From contig NW_026262593.1 of assembly GCF_021869535.1 (NCBI RefSeq), positions 31,496,001-31,560,000 on the forward strand: a DNA stretch of 64,000 nucleotides. Reading direction: 5' to 3'. This document shows, one piece after another, positions 50,053 through 61,725 of this stretch (position 1 is the stretch's first letter; the number at the start of each line of letters is the position of its first letter). The DNA is from Mytilus californianus (lineage: Eukaryota). A program made the translations under genes and the position numbers. The notes beneath the pieces were generated by a model. That model was given only the letters and a program-made list of their open reading frames with translations, did no database searches and was not told where the DNA came from.

Positions 50053-51760
50053 ACCAACGATTATTATCAAAATCTATAAAAGATAAATCCATGTATAAAA
50101 GTCCTGCAAATGCAGTTTAAAAGTGACATTATGTGCATGTTAAATAAAATGAAAAAATGATCACCACAAACTATATCAATGGTAAAATTATTATTATTTG
50201 ATTGACCTCATATCCAGAATGGTTCATGCATTTAAAGACTGTAAACAAAGCTAATAAAAAAAATCTGACAAGAATCTAGGGGATTATGGGTAATTTCCTT
50301 GTTCATACCCCCAGAATGGTATCACAAAATTTAGTGAACAGTTTTGAACATGATAACCAGAATGCATTAGATTCTGAAATAATGGTGAACAGTTTTAATG
50401 TACAAAATTTTACATATTGTTCAACAGAAACTGTGCTTTGACATGCCCTTGAACCAAGGTGTTTCCATCACTATTCTATTTTGTTTTTCTGACTGAATAA
50501 ACTTCAGCCAAAGTTGCACAACACAACTTAATGTATGCAAATGGTTGCAAGTCTTATGGATGTTTTGTAAAACAGTAACAGTACTCTGGTACTTCCCAAA
50601 TTACAATAATTTTACAGTTTTATTAAATGTAAATCAAATATACAATAATATCATGAAAGTAGAAAAAATGAAAACATATTCATAACTGGAAATTTGAAAT
50701 CAGAACAAAACCAAAATGATTACACAGAACACTGAGTCTTTCCTGTGCTGCTGCGGTCATTGCTAAGTTGACTGTCAAAAAATAAGTGAATTTATCAATA
50801 AAAAAAAGGAAATTCTCTTTTCTAAAGATTCTATATCTTGATCATGAAGAATTTTCTGTTCATGTTTCCTTACAGTCCGTGGAGGTTTAAAACAGTTATT
50901 TGTGTCTAAAAACTAAAACTATAACCCTAGGCTAAATGTAAATCTTAAATGCAAAAAAAGTCCATCTATCAGTAAAATACTGAAAATTGAATAAGTATAT
51001 TTTCTGAATTTTACTTCACACATTTTCTCTTAATCATTAAAAAGCTTCTCTGAAGGTTTCATAAAATTCTCTGAAGGTTTGACGCTATTGAGGTCTAAAA
51101 CTTTTAAACCCAAGACTGTATTGCAAAAAAACACTAAGTCCACTAGAATTCAAAGTTTTGCTTTTGATAGTGTCTTTTGATAAAGAATAATCTTCTGTTC
51201 AAGTTTCATGAAATTCCACGAAGTTTGACAAAGTTATTGATGTTTGAGAAACTTGAACTATAGACTGCATAATATTGGAAATGTTAATGAAAGAAACTAA
51301 AAGAAAACCAATCTTAATCCAGCAGGGGCATAAAAATTAAGAAGAAGAAAATGTCTAGTTATTGGCCAAACTGACGAAACTTCAAGTATGAAGAGTTAAA
51401 CAGGGGTATTATTTCCCCTTGACCCTGTTAGACTTATCATCCTTTACAACTGAGCAGAGTACATGCAGTGAGAGGCAGTCAGTCACATATCTGTGACGAT
51501 TAGTAAATGTAGATTATTTTTAGATCTTTTATTCTTTACCAATGGAAATGTTTACTAGATAAGAACCATTATATCTGTTAGACAAAAGTTTATGTCCACA
51601 AGTAAACAATTGTCCATGCCATTTAATAGTAGGGAGAAAAAGATAGTTTAGTAAAAATTCAAAACACAAAAATAACCCGTAATTATAACCTCCATTTTTG
51701 TTGAAAATGGAGAATCTTTACATTACCACAAATTTTAAATGTTTATAATACATTCTTTAA

Positions 51761-53366
51761 GGATGTAGTCAGGTGAAATCAGAAAAGCATTAGTTATAAC
51801 AATATAGGCTAAAAATATCGATAGGTATGACACTCATCTTACCCCCATGTCAGATTTGCTCTAAAAGCTTTAGTTTTGGAGATATAAGCAAAAAACTGCA
51901 TTTGACCCCTATGTTCTATTTTTAGCCATGGCGGCCATGTTTGTCGATGGATCAAAACTTCAGATACAATTTATTAACTAGATACCCTAAGGAACATTTA
52001 GTTAAAGTTTGAAGGTATTTGGCCCAGTAGTTTCAGAGGAGAAGATTTTTGAAATAGTTTACGACAGACGACGACAGACGACGATGACGACAGACGACGG
52101 ACGACAACGGACGCCAAGTGATGGCATAAGCTCACATGGGGCCCTTCGGGCCCCGATGAGCTAAAAGGTGGGTGATAAGGGGCAAAAAATCTTACCCTGT
52201 ATCGTAGGAAAAAACCCAAAGACTAAGAACACCTGGCAACTTTTCTGTAGATCTTACTTTGCTGAACATTATTGCTGTTTACAGTTTATATCTATCTATA
52301 ATAATATTCAAGATAATAACAAAAAACTGCAAAATTTCCTCAAAAGTACCAATTTAGTTGCAGCAACCCAACAATGGGTTGTTCGATATGTCTGAAAATT
52401 TCAGGGCTGATAGATCTTGACCAATTGAACAATTTTACCCCCATGTCAGATTTGCTCTAAAAGCTTTAGTTTTGGAGATATAAGCCAAAAACTGCATTTG
52501 ACCCCTATGTTCTAATTTTAGCCATGGCGGCCATGTTTGTCAATGGATTAAAACTTCAGATATAATTTATAAACTAGATATCCTAAGGAACATTTAGATG
52601 AAGTTTGAAGGTATTTGGCCTAGTAGTTTCAGAGGAGAAGATTTTTAAATGTTAGCAAACTTGATGAACAAATTGTTTAAAATTGTCTTTAAAGGGCAAT
52701 AACTCCTTAAGGGGTCAATTGACAATTTTGGTTATATTTAAGTTTTTTGTAGATCTTACTTTGCTGAACATTATTGCTGTTTACAGTTTATATCTATCTA
52801 TAATAATATTCAAGATAATAACAAAAAACTGCAAAATTACCTTAAAACTACCAATTTAGGGGCAGCAACCCAACAATGAGTTGTTCGATTCGTCTGAAAA
52901 TTTCAGGACTGATAGATCTTGACCAATTGAACAATTTTACCCCCATGTCAGATTTGCTCTAAAAGCTTTAGTTTTGGAGATATAAGCAAAAAACTGCATT
53001 TGACCCCTATGTTCTATTTTTAGCCATGGCGGCCATGTTTGTCGATGGATCAAAACTTCAGATACAATTTATTAACTAGATACCCTAAGGAACATTTAGT
53101 TAAAGTTTGAAGGTATTTGGCCCAGTAGTTTCAGAGGAGAAGATTTTTGAAATAGTTTACGACAGACGACGACAGACGACGATGACAACAGACGACGGAC
53201 GACGACGGACGCCAAGTGATGGCACAAGCTCACATGGGGCCCTTCGGGCCCCGATGAGCTAAAAGGTGGGTGATAAGGGGCAAAAAATCTTACCCTGTAT
53301 CGTAGGAAAAAACCCAAAGACTAAGAACACCTGGCAAAAATTCCTAAAACTAACATGACTACATCC
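51761..53366. mobile_element. TIR-bounded unit (TTAA target, Kolobok-like) filled with tandem HINE-like modules
   Basis: TTAA|GGATGTAGTCA ... TGACTACATCC|TTTA (11-bp TIR); internal near-identical ~400-bp direct repeat 51839-52238 = 52937-53337. Confidence 0.65.
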
Positions 53367-53382
53367 TTTACTGTTACTGAAA

Positions 53383-54660
53383 TAATTATTATTATTAAAC
53401 AATATATATGAAGCGCATTATCTAATAAAACAATATCTCTAAGCGCTTTACACAACAACTGAAAATGATCTTATCAATTAACACACTAAAATATGGTACA
53501 TTAGATAAAATAAAAAGGATGAAACATTAAAAACTACAAAGAATTACATAAATGAATAACCATTACAACTGTAAGAAAAAACATATTTATATGAAAACAA
53601 TGTTAATATCTTGGTATTTTGACGAATTCAAAAATTAAAAAAAAACATGGTAGGCAAGTGAAGATAAGTTTTCACATTCTTCTTTAAAGTTTCTAGCTTC
53701 TGTTTATTCCTTATATTGCAGGGCTATGATACCATACTGGAAGCCAATGTAGTACTAGTGGTAAGAGAATAGGTGTTATATGGTGGTATTTCTTATGTCG
53801 GGTGATCAGTCTACCATTTGTAGTTTGAATACGTTGCAACTTAGATATTATGGCTGCATTTGTTCCATACAATATGGCGTTCCTACAGTTAAGGCGAGAG
53901 GTAACAAGTGAACAAATTAACGTTTTACATGCGCCCTTATTTATACATGATCAAAGGCGTCCTACATTGTGAATTTAAAACAAGCATGATTTTGATATTG
54001 CACTAGGTTGTTTTTCCATGCTTAATGTCTTGTCAAAGGAAACACACAGGTTCATAACAAAGAGAGCATCATATACCAAAGATCCATGGAAAGCAAGACG
54101 GAAATCTGATAAGTCCTTTATTGGGTGTTTAAGAGTAAAAACAATATGCTCAGTTTTGTCCTGATTTACTAAGTTTAAGAATATTTGAACTCATCTATGC
54201 ACTTATGTCTGTCAAACAGGCCACTAGTCTTTTGGATATATCATTCCAGTTATTGAGTGGTTTGATTACAAGATACACCTGAGTATATATATAGCATAGG
54301 AATGGTAGTTTATATTGTGACGTCTGCAATTTTCACCAATAGGTTTAGAAAACATACAGTACATTTTCAGTCCTAATACAGAGCCTTGTGGTACACCATA
54401 TTATAGCTGCATATCATATTTATTAGAGATAAATTGTGTTCTGTTGCTTAGGTAAGACTAAGTCCATGAAAGGGCATTACTAGATATTCTGTAAGAGTAT
54501 TGAGATGTTCAATCAGAGTCTAACCGTCAATAACTTCAAATGCAGCAGATAAGTCCAACATTACAAAATCAGCACAGCAGTTGTTATCAAGTGCTAGCAC
54601 AATGTCGTGATCAACTCTTATCAAAGCTGTTTCCTTTGAATGACAAGCATGGCTGACTGT
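53383..54660 (-). pseudogene. L2-clade LINE 3' fragment (RT plus 3' tail)
   Basis: HSKETALIRVDHDI..MLDLSAAF; YGVPQGSVLG; HSYA..TQVYL; SLVTSRLNCRNAILYG. The tail tgtaaagcgcttagag..tgcgcttcatatat..(aat)n is at ~53385-53455. Confidence 0.88.
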
Positions 54661-55393
54661 AAGCCATCATAAAGAGTATAAAAAAATAATCACAATTCTT
54701 TTATGCAGCCATAGTAATGGTAAGCTGAAAAAAAATTGACACTTTCAATTTTTCTGGCATATTTTAAGAAATTGAAATAGGAAAACAAAAGTAAACTGAG
54801 AATTACAATTAAAGGTTAAGTTTTCCTTAAATACTCTTAAAGTGATTCGTAGTCATATATATTTAAACTGCAGGCCTTCGCTGTATAAATGAGGAACTAA
54901 ATTGTGTGTCACAATGTGTAATTGTGGTACAATAGACAAAATATGGTTAAAGTTCTGTAAAAATGGTTGAATCAAATTGGTGTTCAACTAGACATGAAGG
55001 CAAACAATCCTACCAAGTATGAGAGCTGTCTGTCAAATAGTCTCAGGAGCTGCATTCACAAGGTGATACTCTTTACTATACTATATATAAGAATATTAAT
55101 TTTCGCGAACCATTTAGGTCACGGAAATTCCATTTTTTGCCATCAGTAAGGAGAGTTGTACAAATAATGTGAATACACAGAACCCCGATCCAATTCATCT
55201 TTTACTAAAAGTATTTATCATTTTCTGTTTTGTATCTCCTAACATCATTCCATTTTCTATAATTTCGATTAAAATATGCCAAAACCTGCAGTAAAAATAG
55301 ATGTATGCCCCAAATAAACATTACTGTATAAACATTCCCCGATTGGTTGAACTACTATGGCATCGATGTAAAGCAACGCAAGCCTCGATGTAA

Positions 55394-56907
55394 GGGGACG
55401 ACCATTTGATATTCTGGGACGGGGGGGGGGGGGGGGGGGGGTAGGAGGATTTTGAAAATAAATAACTCAGCCTTGATAATCACAAAATAAATGGTTTGTT
55501 CTGTGGTAGTTCGAAAATAAATAACCTGACTTACAATGTATTGAAAATGAATAACTCGGCAGGTCTTTAAGCCATTTTATAAATGCTATTCGAAAGTATG
55601 AGGTGGCACCAGATTCTTCATAAAATTCATCTTTTTTCCAAAAAAAATTCGGGAAACACTTCCCAAATCTTTTAATAATAACGGTATGAATATTATTTAA
55701 ATATACTTGAAATGTCTGAAAAAATGGGTTTCATTTAACTTGATGTATATTGGCTCAGGAACACTTTCCTCACTTTTATTACAGGGCTGTAACTACATTG
55801 AGGCAAATGCCTTTATGAAGGAAATTTTAAAACCAAAAGCTTGTCTTCATATCAAATTGTTTTCACAGCGAATGTTTGCAAGAAGCAAGTTCTGTTCTAC
55901 CTTGGACGTAGCACCTGTTTTTTCGGGATCAATGTTTCTTTAAATTTGTCTTTTGTTCATTGATTGCCCTTCTGTATTCTCTTAGTGTTGCATTCCTTTT
56001 GTGATTTAGTAATTTTGTTTTCAACTTGATCATGAGTTTTATTTTATTTAAGACTTTTTAGCTAATTTTACAACTTAACTACTTTAAATTGTATCCCAGT
56101 TAAGGGCTACATCAAGTTGTAATTGAAATGTGTTATTAACACTGATTATCAGCCCCCTCTTAACTTAATTTGAATAAAACCCCATATAATTTACAGGTAT
56201 AAAAGATTTAAATTCTGCATGCCGAAACAACAACAAAAAAAAAAAAAAAAAAAAAAACAGCAGCCACATACTTAACTATGTGAATTACATTTTTACTTTA
56301 TTCTTCATATTGGTCTTTTGATGTTGTCCATAAAAACTTAAGTCTTACGCTGAATCTATACATTTTGCTTTGAGACCAAAATATTGTCAAAAAATTATTA
56401 AAACAGAACTTGCGTTTTCAGAATAAGAAAGGGTCTGGGAACGCCTAGAAAGCACGATTTTGCATCATTTGTTCTATAGTTTCTTTGGGCCTTCAGCGGC
56501 TTCAAAACCCTTCAAAATTTTATTGCCTCGCTCCGCTCGGCGTAAATATATTTGCCAATAATTTTAAAAGAGGCTAGTCACAGCCCAACTCTAATACCGT
56601 GTATGTATGCAATACATGTATATGCAGTTTGGAATTCAGAAGATTCATTTCCGCAGAGGATGATGATTAATTCTGATTAAATGGTACATTAATGACTTGA
56701 CTGTACATGTATTATTTATAATAAAAAATGAATTTAAAAATTGTATGTTTTCAAATATTATTAATATAGTTATGAAAATAAATAATCAGTCCCTTGTTTT
56801 AATGAAAATGAAAAATCTTGCGTCAACAGTGCAGAAAATAAATAATCTGTCATCTTAGTTTACAAAAATAAATACCCCTCCCCCCCGAATATCAAATGGT
56901 CGTCCCC
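55394..56907. mobile_element. PIF/Harbinger-type non-autonomous element
   Basis: TAA|GGGGACGACCATTTGATATTC ... GAATATCAAATGGTCGTCCCC|GAA (21-bp perfect TIR). Confidence 0.8.
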
Positions 56908-57384
56908 GAAAGCACACGTTTCCCGGAGTAAAGTGAGTTTTAGTTAAATATAATTCTATACAAATTTTGTTACGTCAAGCATTAAGAGTAAGAATATTTC
57001 GCGCTAAAACAAGAAAATAACCCGTATCACCAAATAAGTTTATCAGCATCTTTCTGAAATTTTCCAATAGAAAATAGCGTTTAGTATAGAGAAATTTTGG
57101 TAACTATTACTTATTAATGTTAAGGTTCTCCAGAGTTGGTTCTCTACACCTTCTTGGCGGTCATGCAATTTAATCCCATTTATCAATTATCCCCGATGAC
57201 AGAAAGTAAACCCAGTCGATTTGTGTCATGAGTGAAAATCTTATCTATTTGATGAAATAACTTCTTCATTAACTGTACATGCAATATTTTTGTAGTTTTT
57301 GATAACCGTGCACATTCCCATTTCATGTCCGCAAGATAAATGGGTTATGCATTTGTGTAATAACAGTTAATGTGTAATAAGAAT

Positions 57385-57435
57385 AATGGCGGACGATAAA
57401 AATATGTGACGTCAGTGCGTGATCACGTGACATTA
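57385..57435 (+). promoter_or_regulatory. Promoter-like motif cluster (ATGGCGG, TGACGTCA, TCACGTGA)
   Basis: YY1-like, CRE and E-box motifs within 50 bp in a CpG-enriched patch; no transcript evidence. Confidence 0.3.
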
Positions 57436-57775
57436 TTATTTGTAAACAAACGGGCTCCCAATGTAACACGTGTTGGAACTATCCATACAAGGTGCAATCA
57501 ATCTTATATTTCACTATTTGATGATATTTCTATGTCTATTTGTAGGTTTTGCAGATCAGATGTCATAGTGTAGTTTCATCGACAAAGTACCATTGTTCCT
57601 GTTCAGTAGTTACAGTAGTTGTGAATTTTTTTTAACTTTCTGAAAAAAATGACTCTCAGTGTAATTTTTCCTCAATTTTTTAAACACGCATAATATAAAG
57701 AGCATTTGCTTCCCTTGAAGATGAAGTTGAACTCCCCCTTTCCCCCCTACAAATTGCCCAAAACTCATACTCATA

Positions 57776-58187
57776 GTCCGAGATTACTCTGACGTCCAAC
57801 ATCTGTTTTGCAATTCCGGCATTTTAACTCTTATTTTCAAATTGAACACACTCTGCCATTCAGCTTATTTTCATATTTACATCATAAATGAACAATCTTT
57901 TAAAGTGAAAGTTAAAATGCCAGTATTGATGGCTCAATGTGAAAACTGTCCAAATATGAGAAGATAACAGGTGGCAGGTCGATCAAACTTACTTAAATGA
58001 AGAGAAAAATGAAAAAATGAACAAATTGAGGCTTGATTTATATGGATCCAGTCACCTCCAGAAGCAACGAAGCAGCACATCCACATTGGACGGGCAAATA
58101 TCATCTATCTGATATGGGACGAGCTGAAGTCCCACTGCCCCAGCTGATGTGGCAAAACAGTCCTTGGAGGTCAGAGTAATCTCCGAC
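57776..58187. mobile_element. MITE with TA target duplication
   Basis: TA|gtccgagattactctgacgtccaa ... ttggaggtcagagtaatctccgac|TA (24-bp TIR, 2 mismatches). Confidence 0.8.
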
Positions 58188-58388
58188 TACAAAACTCAAT
58201 TCCAATGACAAAAATGCCCTAATCTTAAATTGAAAGCAATGGGAAAGTAAACTGTAAATTATAATTTTGACAATGACCACATATTGTTTTAAGTTCAATG
58301 TACATGTAATAATATGCAGGATAATACATGTTTGATACTGCTTCAAGGTTTGTCAATGTAAAAATAAAATAATTTGTTTGCTAACTTA

Positions 58389-58645
58389 GGGAGCTACCAT
58401 TTGATTGTTAGGGGGGTCTAGGATGAAATTTGAAAAAAAGGCAGGATGAGTCAATTTGAAAAAAAAGGCAGGATGACAATTTATGTAAACACAAGTCGGG
58501 ATAAACTAATAGAAAAAAAGGCAGGACCAAAAAGAGTGAAAAATATAAAGGCAGGACAGATTACAACTCAATTAGAAAAAATGCAGGACAAAATTTTTCA
58601 TCCTAGCCACCCCTTTACCCCCATAAAAATGGAAAGGAAGCTCCC
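58389..58645. mobile_element. PIF/Harbinger-type MITE
   Basis: TTA|GGGAGCTACCATTT ... GGAAGCTCCC|TTA. Confidence 0.8.
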
Positions 58646-58654
58646 TTATAGTGT

Positions 58655-60560
58655 TTCCTTCAGAGGGTGTTGGTCTGGAATGGTACCCTGCAGTTTTCAT
58701 ACGTCTGTTCATGAGAAATATTATGGTATGCCTTTGTCCGTCTGTCTGCCCTGATCTGTCTGTTTCTAGCATGTTGTTCACTAACTCAGTAATATTTTCA
58801 CCTATTTGCATGAAACTCTGGTGAATTGATTATATCGGGATTTTCATGTTAACGCCTATTAACTCTAAAAATGCTTTGTTCACTATCTCTGCAACGCTTT
58901 CACCAATTTGCATGAAACTAGCTAGCTGTTGTGAATTGATTATTTTATAAATTTTAGGTTTCCTGTTTCAGAGTTATATGGGATTGTATTCATGTATTGA
59001 TGTGAGCTCCCTTTAGATTATTTTGGAATTTTAGATTTTACATTATCCAGTTACAATGTAAGGGGTTTTATTCATTCAAAAAGGGGGATTTCCATGTTTT
59101 CGGACATTAACTCGAAAATGCTTTAAGCAGTTGTCATTTGTCATGAAACTTTGGTTTATTGTTTATATCTATTGATGCAAGCTCCCTTTCAATTTTATAA
59201 AGTTAAGGTTTTAGGTTTCAGAGTTATGGGATTTTATTCATAAAAAAATTGTAAGGGTTCCGGGGAACCCAGTGTCTCGCCTACTTTTGCTGTTAATCGC
59301 AGGCTCAACAAAAATGAGGGAAAAAAATAATAACAATATTCCTTTCAATACTATCTTTTGATTGTAAGAAGCTTCTGTCCAAGTTTGGTAAAAATCCAGG
59401 ATAGTTTATGAATCTAATAAATGTTTTAAATCTTTAACTGCAGACTGCAATTATTAAAATTTTAAAAACTTTAACCACAGAGTGAATGTAATGTTTCCTG
59501 GCAGAAAAACTAAGTCCATTGATAAGTAAAATACAGAAAAACAGGATATTTTTTTTACAAAATTTACTTCTGGATACTATCTTATGATCATAAACAAGCT
59601 TCTGTCCAAGTAAGGTAGAAATCCAGGATAGTTTAAGAAAGTAATTAAAATTTCAAAAACTTTATCCGCAGAGTGAATATTTGTGGACGCCGCAGACGAC
59701 GGAATGTAGGATGGCTATGTCTCGCTTTTTCGACAAAAGTCGAAGGCTCGACAAAAAAGGGTGGATTTCCCAGTTTGCGGATCAATTTCAAAAGTTTGTA
59801 CATGCACTTCTCTGGCATGTTTCAGTAAATGTGTAAATTATAACTGACAAAACTAACTTTGACAATGACCACATATTTTTAAGTTCAATGTACATGTAAC
59901 ATACAAGGTAATGCATATAGAGTCGATACTGCTGCAAGGTTATACGGGGTTGTCAATGAAAAAATAAAACAATTTGTTTGCCAACTTAGTGTTTCCTTCA
60001 GAAGGTTTTGGTGTGGTATGACACCCTGTCATTTTTATACGTCCGTTTACGAGACGTATTATGGTATACCATTGTCCGTCTGTCAGTCGTCAACATGTTG
60101 GACATCAACTCAAAAACGCTTTAACCAATTTGCATAAAACTTTGACGAATTGTTTATATCTATTGACATCAGCTCCCTTTCGTTTTTTATAAATTTTAGA
60201 TTTTACGTTTCCGAGTTATGGGGTTTTATTCATTAAAAAAAGGGGGATTTTCCAGTTTCGGACAATAACTCAAGAATGCTTTCACCAACTTGCAAGAAAT
60301 TGTTTTCGGACAAAAAATCAAAATCGCTTTCAGCAGTTCGTATTGAAACTTTGTGAATTGTTTATATCTATTGATGTAAGCTCCGTTTAGAATTTTATAA
60401 ATTTTACATTTTACATTTCTGAGGTATGGGGTTTTTTATTCATTAAAAAAGTGGGGATTTTCCACTTTTCCGACAATAACTCAAAAATGCTGTCAGCAAT
60501 TCTCATGAAACTTTGGTGAGTTGTTTATGTCTATTGATGTAAGCTCCCTTTACATTTTCG
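58655..60560 (-). repeat. Two diverged copies (~58655-59230 and ~59990-60560) of a HINE-like family with internal tandem units
   Basis: Both start gtgtttccttcaga..gg and contain ttatggtat..ttgtccgtctgtc and repeated aactcaaaaatgctt / tatctattgatgtaagctccct units. Confidence 0.65.
59240..59757 (+). mobile_element. HINE-like element nested between the copies above
   Basis: ccagtgtctcgcctac near the 5' end; 3' end ctatgtctcgctttttcgacaaaagtcgaaggctcgacaaaa, the same hairpin type as at 28738. Confidence 0.7.
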
Positions 60561-61567
60561 TAAATTTCTAATATGACTGGGAATTAATTGAACTTTATTT
60601 GTTTATATATAGTATGACAATAGATTTACTAAGTATTGTGCAACAGCACAGTGAATTGCACAACAGCAAGAAATCTTTAATTGAATATAAATTCAATTCA
60701 TATGACCAATTTCAAGTTCTTTGACTTCATTTATTCAGAAACCAATAATGTGTCAAATATTTAATACAATCCAAATTCAGACCTGTATCAAGCTTGAATA
60801 TTTTTCTACTAAAAATATCTATCTTCTTGAATTGAAGATCATTTACCCTCTAACCTGATTACATGGTCTGATATGGCTGGCACAGGTAAAGCAGAGACTT
60901 GCTAATTATCACTTATTGCGCAACTATGACCGACCTCTCAGTCGGTGATCAACAACTTGACAGTTTTAACCAATATTTATAATTAACATGTGAAAATTAA
61001 CACACTGCGGGGTCAATTATTAGGGACAGCAGCCAATTAAGGCGCTGCGGGATCAACGAAAATATTTTTAAAAAGGGCGCTGCGAGACCACACCGTCATA
61101 TTGGCCTGGGGAGAACACTGTTTCGCATTATAAACAGGTTATATATATAAAAAAGAGATGTGGTCTCATTGCCAATGAGAAAACTCAGCTATAAATGTTC
61201 TTTTACAGCTGATTATGCAGTATGCCACTATGGGGTTTTCTCATTTTAGGACGCTGTATGGTTGTCTATAATTGCTTACATTCACTTTATTTGAACTTTG
61301 GCGAATAGCTGTTATTCACGTAAATAAATCCCACCTTGATATTTCATGTACATTTTGTACTACAATCAGCCCAACGCAAAACTGAATGTAATTGAAAGAC
61401 ATCTAGAGGTCAATATACAGTCTCAAACAATGGACAAAATTAGAAAATAGAGCGAATTATTGAAAAGAATTATTAGTCGATTAGAGACCGGACGTCAATA
61501 TGAGTCTTATATATGTATACATTTATTATTGATTCAGTTGTGATGGTAAATAGACACTGATAATTAT

Positions 61568-61725
61568 AAAAAAGAAGATGTGGTATGATTGCCAATGAGC
61601 CAACTCTCAACAAGAATCTAAATATTAAATGACACAGAAATTAACAAATATAGGTCACCGTACGGCCTTTAACAATGAGCAAAGCTCACACTGCATAGTC
61701 AGCTATTAAAGGCCCCGAAATGATA
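61568..61725 (+). repeat. Partial copy of the agatgtggtatg repeat family
   Basis: aaaaaagaagatgtggtatgattgccaatgag..cgtacggcctttaac..ggccccgaaatga. Confidence 0.85.

Noticed and set aside
57960-58170. GC-richer segment resembling a host exon
   Set aside because: It lies inside the TA-flanked MITE at 57776-58187 and no frame gives a recognisable protein.
61103-61120. ggcctggggagaacactg as a DNA-transposon right TIR
   Set aside because: No matching left TIR was found in the window, so an element cannot be delimited.
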